Shown piece after piece: positions 1-12,390 of a DNA stretch of 64,000 bases. Below the pieces are notes generated by a model that was given only the letters and a program-made list of their open reading frames with translations, was not told the DNA's origin and made no database searches. This DNA comes from Heptranchias perlo (taxonomy: Eukaryota). Within the stretch, counting starts at the first letter, position 1. Each line of letters begins with the position of its first letter. The DNA is taken from contig NC_090332.1 in the NCBI RefSeq assembly GCF_035084215.1, positions 40,734,001 to 40,798,000 on the forward strand. The letters are read 5' to 3'. The translations under genes and the position numbers were made by a program.

Positions 1-1916
1 GCCTCCTCCCACCCTTCATCTAACCCTATCAGCATATCCTTTTATTCCTTTCTCCCTCATGTGTTTATCTGGCTTCCCCTTAAATGCATCAATGCTAGCC
101 GCTTCAACTACTTGTGGTAGCGAGTTCCACCCTCTAACCCACTCTCTGGATAAAGAAGTTTCCCTGAATTCCCTTTTGGATTTGTTAGTGACTGTCTTAT
201 ATTTACGGCCCCTAGTCCTGATCTCCCCCGCAAGTGGAAACATCTTCTCTACATTTACCCTATCAAACCCTTTCATAATCTTAAAGGCCTCTATCAGGTC
301 ACCCAACAGTTTCTCTTTTCGAAGGAAAAGGGCCCAGCCTGTTCAATCTTTCCTGATAGGGATAACCTCTCAGTTCTGGTATCAGCCTAGTAAATCTTTT
401 TTGCACCTTCTTCAGTGCCTCTATTTCCCTTTTATAATATGGAGACCTGAACTGTTCACAGTACTCCACGCATGGTCTAACCAAGATTCTACAAATGTTT
501 AACATAACTTCCCTGCTTTTCAATTGTATCCCTCTTGAAAAGAACCCCAGTGCTTTGTTGGCTTTTTTTTATGGTCTTATTAACTTGCTTTGCTACTTTT
601 AGTGAGTTGTGTATCTATACCCTCAGATCCCACTGCTCTTCTACTCCATTTAGAGTCTTATTTTCCAAGAATTAAGTGGTCTCCTTATTCTTCCTACCAA
701 AACGTACCACCTCTTACTTATCTATATTGAAATTCATTTGCCAATTACATGCTCATTCTGTAAGTTTATTAATGTCTTCCTGTATTTCGTCGCAGTTCTC
801 CTCAGTATTGACTATGCCCCCAATTTGGTATCGTCCGCAAATTTTGAAATTGTGCTTCCAATTCCCGAGTCCAAATCGTTTACGTAAATAGTGAACAACA
901 GTGGTCCCAGCACCGATCCTTATGGAACAGCACTTCCCACCTTTTGCCAGTTTGAGTAACCAACTTTAACCACTACTCTGTTTTCTGTTTTGTAGCCAGC
1001 TTGCTATCCATTCTGCTGCTTGTCCACTGACTTCACATGCTCTGACCTTAGACATGAGTCCACTATGTGGTACCTTATCGATGGCCTTTTGAAAATCCAA
1101 ATTTATTACATCTAATGCATTACCCTTGTCTACCCTTCCTGTTACTACTTCAAAGACTTCAATAAGGTTGGTCAAGCATGACCCTCCCTTTTGAAATCTG
1201 TGCTGACTATTTTTAATAATATTTTCGGTTTCTAGATGGTTCTCTATTACATCTTTGAGTAAGGAGCCCATTGTCTTTCCTACCGCCGACGTTAAGCTAA
1301 TTGGACTATAGTTCCCTGGACTTGTTCTATCTCTCTTTTTAAATATAGGATTCACATTAGCTGTCCACCAGTCCTCTGGCACTGTTCCCTTTACTAATGA
1401 ATTTTTATATATATGTAATAGTGCCTCTGCTATCTCTTCCCTGACTCCTTTTAACTTGTACCAATGCAATTCATCCAGACCAGGAATTTTATCCTCTCTA
1501 AGATTGATTAGTTCATCAGTTACCTCCCCTCTTTCTATCTTAAATGTCTGTCTTTTTTGATCTCTTCTAATGCCCACCATGTTAATTTCCCTGGTAAATA
1601 CTGAGGCAAAGTAATTATTTAATATTTCTGCCATTTCGCTGTCTTTACCTGTGAGTTTATCTTGTGTATCCTTTAGTGGCCCTATCCTGATTTTTCTTTT
1701 GTTATTTATGTGTCTGTCGAATACTTTACTGTTTCTTTTTATATTCCTTGATATTTTAATTTTGTAGTTTCTCTTTGACTCCTAATTGTTTTTTTTGCTT
1801 CTTTCCTAACGTTTTCGTATTCCCTTTTGTCATCCTCTCCTTTGTTGACTATGTACTTAGCGTATGCCTTTGTCTTTAGTTTAAATTTTGCCCTTGTTTC
1901 TTTATTCATCCACGGC
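1..1916 (-). mobile_element. CR1 LINE, decayed ORF2 (RT and 3' part), running off the window start
   Basis: Minus-strand ORF pieces 16-306, 299-523, 966-1634 and 1739-2041 give CR1 RT motifs (NYSPISLTS, SCLTNLIE, LDFQKAIDKVPH, LVRPCVEYCEQFRSPY, GDLIEAFKIMKG); multiple stops and frameshifts. Confidence 0.9.
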
Positions 1917-2187
1917 CTGTCCCTTAAAACTGATATAGACCTACATTTGTCATCGTTACACCATTTACGGATGTAAAGTGGGCGCAATGATAACCAATTT
2001 AGCAGTGCAGAGGATCCTGCCCGATCTGCCCTGGTGGCCACCTGAAATGAGTGCAGGCCTCATTTCAATATTAAAACCAGGCTCCTGTGCCCATTTCAGA
2101 GCTAGACTCCTAAATTCGTTAGGACTAGTCGGAGCTTGCGCTTTGCAATGATGATGACTGTAGGTCTATATCAGTCTTAAGGGACAG
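1917..2187. repeat. Short element bounded by a 29-bp inverted repeat (MITE-like)
   Basis: ctgtcccttaaaactgatatagacctaca (1917-1945) is the reverse complement of tgtaggtctatatcagtcttaagggacag (2159-2187) with one mismatch. Confidence 0.65.
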
Positions 2188-2559
2188 ACTGTATTGCCAA
2201 GAACCATCTTTTTTGACTTTTTGAATAAAAGATACTTTTTCTGCTTTAAAATTTATTGCAGAATGTTAGATTTTTTGCACTCTTTGATTGAGGTGTTTTT
2301 TAATACTGTGCCACCCCCTCCCATTTGTGATATAGCTTATTTGGAAGTGGACAAGTGGAAACAACCATATGTCCCTTTGACAGCTGCTGAAGTCATTTGC
2401 CTGGCTTCTCCTGAGCCACAAACAACAAGTTGTCTATTACAGGGTAGGAATTTTCCCTCATCATGATGCTACAACTGTTCATGCCACCTGGAATAAAAAG
2501 AGAAGCCTCACAGTCAAATACAAAGGGACCAGGATAGATTAGGAAGGTGGCCTGATGAG

Positions 2560-3200
2560 TGACAAATGGCATTTAATGTGGACAAATGCAAAGTAATAAG
2601 AAATATAAACTAAATGGCTTTAGGTGACAGGACACAATGCAGAAGACGGATCTGGGAGTAATTGTGGAAACCTCATTGACACTCACAGCACAGTAAGAGA
2701 CAGCAGTAATGAAAGCTAACCAGATCTTGGGATATATAGCCAGAGATATAGAATATAAATCCCAGGATGTGATAATGACTGTACAAGATACTGCAACGAC
2801 CACACCTAGAGTACTTTGTTCAATTCTGGCTGCCCTGTTACAGCAAGGGTATGCAAAAAATAGAGGTAGTGCAACAAAAAGCAACCAAACTATACCTGTG
2901 TTAAATCTGACCTATGAGAAGAGGTTTGAGAGCCTGCGATTGCTAACTTTGAAGAAGACCAGCCTCAGATGTGATGTCCAAGTTTTCGATATTCATAATG
3001 GAATAGATGAATTAAACCCAGTGATATGTTTGAGGTTAGAAAAGGACAGTGTACAGCCAGTTCAGTTAACTACTTTATGCAGAAGGTAATAAACATGTAG
3101 AATGTTTTTTCCAGGGAGGCACTGGAGGCAGATAGTGTGGATCAGGGGAAAAATGAAATAGACATTTGAGGGAGTGGGTGATTAAAAGGTATCAATTGTT
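2560..3200 (+). mobile_element. Old CR1 3' fragment
   Basis: Degenerate RT C-terminal motifs (MAFNVDKCKV, KANQILGYIARDIEYKSQDVI, LTYEKRFESLRL). Confidence 0.75.
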
Positions 3201-3988
3201 TGTGGGAGGGGCCAGGTGGACTACACAGTCTTCTTTGGTCCTTTCCTTTATTCCTAACCCTTTAATGGGAAAAAGAGGAAAATATCCTATAACTGTTTAA
3301 ATTCTCCCTAAAAAAAATTGCAGTACGTTTAAATTTGCAACTCGAGCTCTGTACTCCATATATGTTGTATAATCACGATAAGTATATCTTTGTGAACATG
3401 AAAAATGCAAATTTACATTTGCTGCAAAAATAATCAGTTTTACAGTACGTGTGTAATAAATCAGCTGTGAAAGATTTATCTCTCTGTGCAGTGCCAAAAT
3501 CTCTTAATTGCATTTTGTAAAATCAATCAATCCAGTTCAAATTTTAGAAATGGTATTTATTCAACAATTCTGAAATGTATTCAAAAAGAAACAATTTGCC
3601 AATTTGTGCCAAGTTGTCTTAGTTATACAGCAAGTAAACATACCCCATTGTAATGAAGAAATTCAATAGAGTGCCCAAGTTCAATTCACAAAAAGTGATT
3701 TAAAAATAACTAGTTTTTGATTTATTGTTTACTGCACTCTGCAGCAAAGTAATTATCAATGCAGAGAAATGGCTGATATTTTTAATTTGTTGATTTCATA
3801 ATGGTGGATATAGCTGATAATGGTTTAGTCACTGTCCTGTTACAGAAAGAAGGCATCCCTCAGGATGTACAGACATTCCTTGTTTTTTTATCGTTTAGTC
3901 CGAGATTCATTTTGTGAGGTTTTTATTGAATAGGAAATTCAATAAGAAAATGTCATATAAATCCAGTGGTTCTTAAACCTGGACAAAT

Positions 3989-4689
3989 AGTTAGACAAAG
4001 ATAGTCCCCGCTCATGGTACTTTCGTTAATCAAAAATGATTATTTAATGATATAATTCACACAAGCATGAAGCAAAATCAAACAATGCATGCAACCGTAC
4101 TCTACACTTAAACAAGCAACAAGCAAATCAAGTAATACATATCACTTTAAAACCATGGATTTCTGCTTCAAGGCCCATTTAAATTGATCAAATCTTTTGG
4201 AGCTTTTGAAGTCTTGTTGCTGGATGTCCCTCCTGTAGGTCAGTTTTGTTAGGCTTCCACCTAACTGCAGTACCAATTCCGTCCTGATGTCTTTTTATAT
4301 TGTTTTTGTCCTTTGGGGCGTCGATGAATTAGGGATAATGTCATTTTGGCCAATCACCCACTGCTGCCAGGCTTCAACCATGACTAGGCCTAAAATATGA
4401 CAGTTATCTCGCTTAAGACTAGATGCAATGGCCTCATATGTTTTCCAGACACCACAGAATGTGGCAGGCCCCCCATTGTTGCCATGGCAACCTGTTTCTT
4501 TCTCATGGCTTTACAATGGCTGCATCAGTAGGTTTTTAGCTACTTTATCTGATATCAGTTCTGTGGACAGTGACTCCCTAGTTTCCCATGATACTCCCTT
4601 TCTTTCTCATCAATCATGTTTTGCAAACCAAAGAAACCTCTGCATGTTGTTTTAAATTGGTTCTATTCAAATGTTCCAATGGGGCAACA
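3989..4689 (-). mobile_element. 3' LTR of a truncated provirus
   Basis: On the minus strand a purine tract AAGGAAAGGGTGAA (4703-4690) is followed directly by TGTTG at 4689; TATA-like ATATAAAAAG near 4300-4291; ATTAAA near 4048-4043; end resembles TCTAAC(T)A near 3989. It lies just downstream of the env remnant. Confidence 0.6.
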
Positions 4690-4856
4690 TTCACCCTTTC
4701 CTTAATCCAGGTATATTGTCCAAAGGTCCAGTAGGCTTTAAATTCCCAGCGCTCAAGGGGTTTTAACCCCGTGTCTTACAGTTCCTCCTTAAGTGGATCT
4801 GTCTAATATTTGGACTGATCCACTTTATGCCTTGGAGCATTGTCCTTGGGTTTTTA

Positions 4857-5790
4857 TTATTGGCTCCCATTTAGGACAGGTTTGGCGTGACATACGCAAA
4901 AAGAATATTTTCTTTCCGTGTTTGCTAATAAATGCCGCATTACACATAAGCAAATTATCATTATAAACACTAGTATACACTGCGTACATATCAAAGCCAT
5001 ACTAATTATTCTGACCCAAAAGTGTTGTCCCACATTATAAACTATTTCCCACCACTCATGGTCGCCTAGCTTTTATACTTTTTGTTCTATAAGCGCATTG
5101 GCTTGTTTCATTTTAACCAGGTTGTGGAGTGAGGCGTGTGAACATGCCAGTATGGACTTAAGACTTAATGATAACGGAGAATAGGGTGACCAAAGGGTGC
5201 TACGGCTTGTAATGCCTTCTCCTGTAGGGTAAGATTAACATGAATTTCTGTTATATCGTGTGGTCACATTGGCAATGTACCCCAAACTGAGTAATTTCTG
5301 TGGGGGTGAGAAAGAAAGAGGAATAAGTGACAGGACAGATAGTAGTACCATGCTTGAATGTAACGTCATTGGTGGCTATACAATACTGACCTCGGGTTTG
5401 ATAGGCCACATGGGTACCAACCCACCTATTGATAATTCTCAGCAGGCATTCAGGGTCCTCAACCCCCAAAGTGAAGCTGCAGGTAGACATAGTCCGCTGG
5501 AGTATGTCACAGCAACAAATCTACGTCCCTGACACCAGTCTATATCAATTCAGGTCCACCCTATTCCATTCTCCTTCGTGTCCCTTTAACAGATGTTTGG
5601 GAAAGATGGCTAATTCTTTAAAGGTATCTCCCTCAAACAGTATATATAGTATAATGAATATATTGAAGGCAGTAGAACCTTGCTTGCAATAGGATTTGAG
5701 AACCCCTATTAATTACCTGACATTTGCAACACAATCTTCTAGCCACCATTTCATAAATTTCTGTATAGATTTTGTGCTGCAAGGTTTAAA
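4857..5790 (-). pseudogene. Decayed viral envelope / class I fusion glycoprotein (C-terminal half)
   Basis: Manual translation across stops and frameshifts: Cys-rich ectodomain (VDLN*YRLVSGT*ICCCDILQRTMSTCSFTLGVEDPECLL...GQYCIATNDVTFKHGTTICPV), heptad-like segment (SLHNLVKMKQANALIEQKV), aromatic membrane-proximal HEWWEIVY, hydrophobic TM (WVRIISMALICTQCILVFIMIICLCVM), short tail, TAA at 4859-4857. Confidence 0.65.
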
Positions 5791-8700
5791 AGAACATTAA
5801 TTAATGTCAGCAGCGTTTTATACATGACTACCTTGGTTATAAAAACAGAAATGATATGTAACCTTTAGTAGAAACAGGAACGTGGAGGAAAGGCTTTTGG
5901 CTATAATGGTGATTGATGCCCTTTATTTCCCACGTGATGAATTCTTGGTTATAACGGTTCAAAGCAGAGGCATGTTTCCTACAGCGAGAGAGAATATGTA
6001 AATTGGCAACCTTGTACTTCCTAACAGCTGGCATCCTGGAGCAGCATTGATAGAGGACGAGGCAAAAGATAGCGCAAAAAAAAATAAACATTTTTTAAAT
6101 CAGTAGATCTCCTGAGGCATTACTCATGGGTTATGGACCAGGGAGTGGAGCACTCAGGAAGGAAATAGAGCAGTTGGGAGGGTAATGCAATACAGGGCCT
6201 GGGAGCAAAGCAGTTGGGCAAAGTGGGAGCTGGAGTAAGGACAGAGCGAGCCATCAGGCCCAAGTTGAAGTAGGGATAGAGTGGGATTGGTTTCCTTTTT
6301 CTGACAACTGAGAACAACAAAGACTGGCCTCTTTGGTAAAGCTCCCTCGTTCAGGGAAGCCAGTAACTAACATATAGATAGTTGTGGGAAGAAGGAGAAC
6401 TTAAGCTGCAGGCATCTGAAAGAGTGACCTTTAAGGGAAATATTGTTGAAGCGATTTCATACACAAAAAGGCAAATGTATTGTTAAGTTTAATGATGTTG
6501 TTGTGAATTACATAATCTTGTGTATTTATTATATTAGAAACCTTGGGGCCAAAAATTATTCAACTTTCTGACACATTCTCTCAGGAGTGGGCTGGAAATC
6601 AGGCTGGAATCTGGATTTGCTTGGACCTGACCTGACAACAGAGATTCTGGGGGGCCAGTAAGGATCGGAACGTTTGGCCGCTCCTTACAAGGCCAGCAGT
6701 GAAGGAGGCCCCTGGGAGTTATTACGTCGTTGGCGGTATGCCTGTTGCAGAAGTGCTCATGTGAGCCCCACCTGTGGGAAACCAGACCAGGATTGTTGCT
6801 TTGACCTCTAAAGAAACATTAAATAGATGTTTTTGTTATTTAAATGCAATCCTCTGGAAGCACGTTCATGTTCTTCCTGGGGGAGGGCCCAACAACCGTC
6901 CCATGGATATGGCAGCAGTTATCCGATTATCCAGTGCGTTGGGGCAGGCAGGTGCTTGTAATGCACTCTTTTTGTTGTGGGTGCCTATAATCAGCATATA
7001 AAATAGGGAACCTCCCTGACCATTTAATGTTGGCTCGGTTTAACCACAGACATGATCCTGGTGCAATTGCCGGGATCGCAGGCACACATTTGCAGGGCCT
7101 TTAATTTCAGTTCTATGTCCTCAGGTGACTGACAAAACAAGATGCTGATGAAAGACTTTTAAAGAATATTTTTATGATTTCATTGGTTCCTCTTCTCCTC
7201 GCTAGCTGTTTGCTGACTACTGAATCTTGATTGGTAGTTTTTGTTCCTGCTTGCTATTTGTTCATTGGTACATTCCCTACCTGTTCAATTGTCATTTGTT
7301 GTTTATTTGATGAATATACTATATGAGCTAGTCAGGCCAAATGTGATATGTGCTATGTATGTGTGACGCTTTCAAATTTAGCACTTTTCAAATTTTAAAG
7401 TGTAGCACTTAGATGTGACAGATACACATCTTTTGCTTATATAAATGGTGCAACAACAGTGTACAGACTTTAAAAAAAAATTAATCTAGATACCTGAAGT
7501 ATAACAATAAGAATGCATACAGGACATTAGAGATAAAAAAAATCTGTAAATGTTGGAGATCTGAAATTGAAGAAGTTGCTTTAACCGTTGCACCTTTAAT
7601 CTCTATCATTTGATAAAACTTGCTAAAAGTGCAGATCTGAGCCTATGTTCACCCTGCTCGCATTTTTATTTTGGTTTGATTCAGGTGGTGATACTGGTGG
7701 GATGAATCTTTTGTTCTACATTTCATTTGCAGAATTTATTAGGATTGGAACTGCGTTCTTATTAGGAATTCTCTCAATCTTTACAGTTTTAATGTTCTCA
7801 ATTCCAGAAATATAAATATCTCAATAATTTATGACAGGTTTGTTTAAATTTCTAGCTCAAAAAAGTAAATAAATGATAACATCATGTCCTTACCAGTAAA
7901 GGATGACACCTGCTTTACTTCTACACTGGTTTCTTGTTTATGCTATTTAAATTTTGATAACCCAGTTAGTTATGCATCATAACGTGTTTCTGCTAAAAAC
8001 AAAAAGTGTGACAATGGAGGAAACCTGACAGAGTGTGTACAAGTCCAATCCACTGAATTCAGAATTTCCCGCATAGATTCTAGCATTGAATTTATTAAGG
8101 AGAAGCCAGCAAATAAAAGGGTTTAAGTTAATTATTTTAAAACTAATTATTTATAAATCCCTATTGCTACTAAGAGTCATTTACAGCTTCAAAATATATT
8201 TCTATAATACCAGCAGGTCTCCCATGATGTCGCTCATGGTGAGTCAGAGGATATGCTGGTTTATAACAATAGGGGTGTTAGGCAGAAATTTGCAGGAGGA
8301 ATCTGAAGTTTGGCAGAAAATGGGGGGTAGAGTGTGAGTTTTGACTCACTGGTGGATTCCTGGGATCTGTCAGCAGTGGAAGGGATGAGAGGTCATGGCC
8401 TGACAATACTGAAGGGGGCACAGGTCTGGCAGCAATGTTTTGTAAGCGATTGCTGTAAAATTTGAATTTGATTGGTTCTTGGACATCTGTGTGTCTGCTC
8501 TCTTTCTCTCTTTCATATGTGTCACAAATTAGAATGTTTACATTTTCTAACTATCAATAAAACATTGGTGCTGGTAATCAGAACTATTTATTTGCCTGAG
8601 AAGCTTTGAAAATTCAATGGGCATGATTTTAATAAGGGGGCGGGATGGCAGCGGAGGTGGGGTCAATGGGCGCACGGCAAATGCGAAAAATAAAACTTAG

Positions 8701-8864
8701 TGTTCCCCATGCGAACACGACTTAATTGGTGGCCGTTAATCTTGTTTTCGGGTTTGTCGTCTGAAAGCTGCGCAGCCCGAATGACAGGCTGTCAGCTGCA
8801 ACGTCTAGGATTAAAGGGCCATGGCTCCAATGGATTTTGCTGGAGCAAGGAGCAAGAAGACACA

Positions 8865-10841
8865 ATGGAGCGGTGCAGGGGCAAGGCTGCTCTAAGATTC
8901 AGAGATGCCTCACTTGAGGTGCTGCTGGCCGGGGTGAGGAGGAGGAGGAGGAGGGAACTACTTTACCCGGCTGACAGGAGGAAGTGCTCTGCTTCTGCTA
9001 AGAAGGCCTGGCTCGAGGTGGTAGAGGAGGTCACCAGCTGGAGCAACATACCCCGCACTTGGGTCCAGTGGAGAAAGTGTTTCAATGACCTAACTAGGTC
9101 AGCAGAAGTGAGTACACTTATTGATTCTCCTGCATTCTGTGTTGCACATCATTCCCCCCCCACTCCCCGACATCATTCTGCACTGCCAAGACTATTTCAT
9201 CACATCACTCCTCACACCCACTTAAGGCTCATCCTCAACTTACCTGCCCTTCCTGAGCACATCCTCACCTCCCCATTTGTGATTCTATCACTACCACTCA
9301 CCCCAATCCTGATCCAATGTGATGTCTCTGTCTGATACTCACCCTCTGATGCATCTCTTTCACGGCCTGCCTCACCCAAAGCAGAGGCTGACCACTTCAC
9401 CCTCACTCACTCACTCACACTCTTAGTACTTTCTTCCCTTGTAGGAGAAGAGAGCACAAAATGCATGCGAGAGGGCGAAGACTGGAGGGAGGCCACAACA
9501 AATAGTGGTCCTCACAGAGGTGAAGGAGGCCCTGGCGATCAACCACACCCTCGAGAGCCTATCTGTCGGGAACACTGAGACTGGCACCCCACAAACGTCT
9601 GGTGACACAACTTTAACATTCATCACACACAATATGAATTGATGTTAACAGTGATTGGCATGATGAACACCTCAGTATGCTCATCGCAACATGACACATC
9701 AGTGATGATGCTTAATATTGCCATCTGTTCTCTGAAAGGCCCTTCAACGACCACAGTGACGGCAGAGGACGATTCCTCAGTGAAGCTCCATGCCTCTGAG
9801 GGCGCACCGTCACATCTTAGTGAGCCGTCCACCAGCACAGATACTCATACCTCGGTGGGTCCAAGTAGTCAGTTAGTTGGGTTGGCACCTGGTGAGTCAC
9901 CACACACAAGTGAGCACAAGCAGACACTGGTGGCAGGGGAAGCTGTGGTGAGTCCGCGTCGGTGGGCGCACTCCTCACCAGGCCCTGCTCTGCTGGACGT
10001 AGATGCTGAACCTCGAGGGTCGTCCTTTAGAAGGAGAATGTTCGAGGAACAGCAGCACATTTGCGAAGTACTGGAACAGGTGCCACGTGCACTCTCCACA
10101 ATAGCAGAGAGGATAGAGGAGTCCAACTCCTACATTAGTGGAATGGTGGCACAAGTACAGGGGGGAATCTCTGAGATATTGTCACAGGGACGTGAGCAAC
10201 TGCCTGATAGTGTTGTACATAACTGCGGAAATGTCTGAGATAGTGTCGCAGCTAACTGCGGAAATGTCTGAGATAGTGTCGCAGGTAACTGCGGAAATGT
10301 CTGAGATAGTGTCGCAGATAAGTGCAGGAATGTCTGCGATGGAGAGAAGGCTAGCCTCCATTGAGCTTCAAACATGGCTCACAAATGAGTCCATTCAGGC
10401 CCTGACAACGGCCGTTCGGACTCACGGTGAACAACATTCTGCCGCCTTAAACAGACAGATTGAAACCTTACAACTGGGCTTCCAAGGCATCATACATGTC
10501 CTCCAAACTGTTCTCCAGCAGGGTGGTAGGAGTGATGTGGACCAGGTCCAGGAGAGGGATGATGGCAAAAGGGATCATGGAAGTGGGGACTCCACTCAAA
10601 GCGTGCCCACGATTCACCCGTTGCCCCCCTCTCACTCGCAATGGCTGAGTCTGCCCCTGCACAGGTGCAGGTGGAGCAGTCTTTAGCAGGGCCCTCAAGG
10701 GCTTCAAAACTCAGAGGGCGTAGGCCGGAAGCATCTAAGCAGTCCAGGCATGGACATGAGCAACCCGCCACTACCTCTGCTGCAGCCACAGGGGATGCAC
10801 CATGTAGATGTAGTAGGATGAGAAAGGCTAAGGTTTTGTGA
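8865..10841 (+). pseudogene. Harbinger Myb/SANT-like DNA-binding protein gene, 3 exons (8865-9107, 9445-9601, 9739-10841)
   Basis: MERCRGKAALRFRDASLEVLLAGV...KKAWLEV...RTWVQWRKCFNDL, then EKRAQNACERAKTGG; GT/AG sites at 9108, 9443-44, 9602 and 9737-38 with consistent phases (0, then 1); frameshifts in exon 3. Confidence 0.8.
10221..10340 (+). repeat. 33-bp coding tandem repeat (three copies plus a partial one)
   Basis: aactgcggaaatgtctgagatagtgtcgcag(ct/gt/at) at 10221, 10254 and 10287; encodes TAEMSEIVSQ[LVI]. Confidence 0.9.
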
Positions 10842-11166
10842 TCACAAAGGGTATGCACAAGGGTGTCGGACAGACTGTCATGTTTTTAATTTATATTTGT
10901 TTTTTGTTAAAGTCACATTAAATGTTATCATTCTCACCACTACTGCCACGTCTTGCCCATTCTTGACTGGCTTTTGTAATAGCGCCCTTTCATGTGCTTC
11001 ATCATGAAAGGCAACACTTGATGCCACCAGTGGGTGTCTTTACAGTGGGTCTATGTGTAGTTGCAGGACTGTTTTGTGCAGGGGGTTGGCGGAGGGGGGG
11101 TGATGTTGGTGTTGGCGCTGCTCTTTCCATGTGATGTAAGGACTGGGCTATTCTCACTTTGTGGTC

Positions 11167-12390
11167 TTATGAGAACCGTTCAGATATGAGTGACTCCCTG
11201 GCCTCATAAGCAGCCAGGTGAGCTGCTGCTCTGCCCATGGGTTCGTCCTTCTCCTCCTCCTGCTGCCCCTGCTCCTCCTCAATATTCATTGTAAATGTGG
11301 ATGCTGGATGAGGACATGGGGCCTCATCAACCGGTACCCCCTCTCTGTTGCGCCACATTGTGCAGGACACAACACACTACAATAATGCGACCCAATCTCG
11401 CTGGTGCATATTGAAGCGCTCCGCCAGAACGATCGAGGCACTGAAATCGCATCTTCAGCAGTCCTATCGCATGTTCAATTACAGACCTGGTGGCGATGTG
11501 GCTGTCGTTGTATCGACACTGTTGCTCGCTGATGGCGTTCCTCAGAGGTGTCATCAGCCACGTGTGCAGGGGGTATCCCTTGTCCCTGAGGAGCTATCCC
11601 TTAAAGCTGTTTGGTGCGTGGAAGAGGTCTGAGATGTTGGATTCCCTCAGAATGAAGGAATCATGGCAGTTGCCAGGGAATCTGGCGCTTACGTGAAGAA
11701 ATCTTTTGCTGTGGCCACAAACGAGCTGAGCGTTGATGAAGTGATACCCCTTTCTGTTGATGAACAGTCCTGGCTCGTGCGGAGGTGCTCGGATTGCTAT
11801 ATGCATGCAATCGATTGCATCCTGTACACGTGGGAAGCCAGCTACAGAGTGGAATCTCACTGCCCTCTCTGTCTGGCTGAGGTTGTCCATGGGGAAGTTG
11901 ACATAGTGCGAGGCCCTGCGAAACAAACCATCGGTGACCTGCCTTATACACTTGTGGACAGACGACTGAGAGACCCGGCGATGTCCCCGGTGGCACCCTG
12001 GAATGATTCGGAGGCAAAGAAGTTGAGGGCGTTGGTCACTTTAACAGCGACGGGTAATGAGTTGCCGCCAGGCCCAGCCGGGAGCAGCTCGCCACAAAGG
12101 AGGCTGCAGATGTCTGCGACTATCTGGCGACTCACTCTGAGCCTCCGTATGCACTGCTCCTCAGAGAGGTCCAGGAAGCTGAGCCTCGGTCTGTAGGCCC
12201 TCTGACGAGGGTAGTGCCTCCTGCGACGTCGGTCCCTCTGTTGTTCCCCTCTGTGCTCTTGTGCAGGTGCCTGTGGTGCAGCACTGTGTTGTGGGGCTAC
12301 AAGTGGTGGAAGTGCACGCCATGCCTGCCGAGGATGGTGATGTTCCTCGTCCTCGAATGTACTGGTGAATGCAGCCATCACGCCCCCTAT
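11167..12390 (-). pseudogene. Harbinger DDE transposase (HARBI1/DDE_Tnp_4-like), frameshifted
   Basis: [57 protein letters not shown] and CCVLHN are spread over ORFs 11944-12447, 11594-11926, 11327-11554 and 11167-11370. Confidence 0.9.

Noticed and set aside
5800-8600. Additional EML6 exon upstream of 14594 (and downstream of 51355)
   Set aside because: I found no segment with EML-like translation and splice sites; the neighbouring exons probably lie outside the window.
10221-10340. CRISPR-like array
   Set aside because: The units are directly adjacent with no unique spacers, they encode an in-frame peptide repeat, and the context is eukaryotic.
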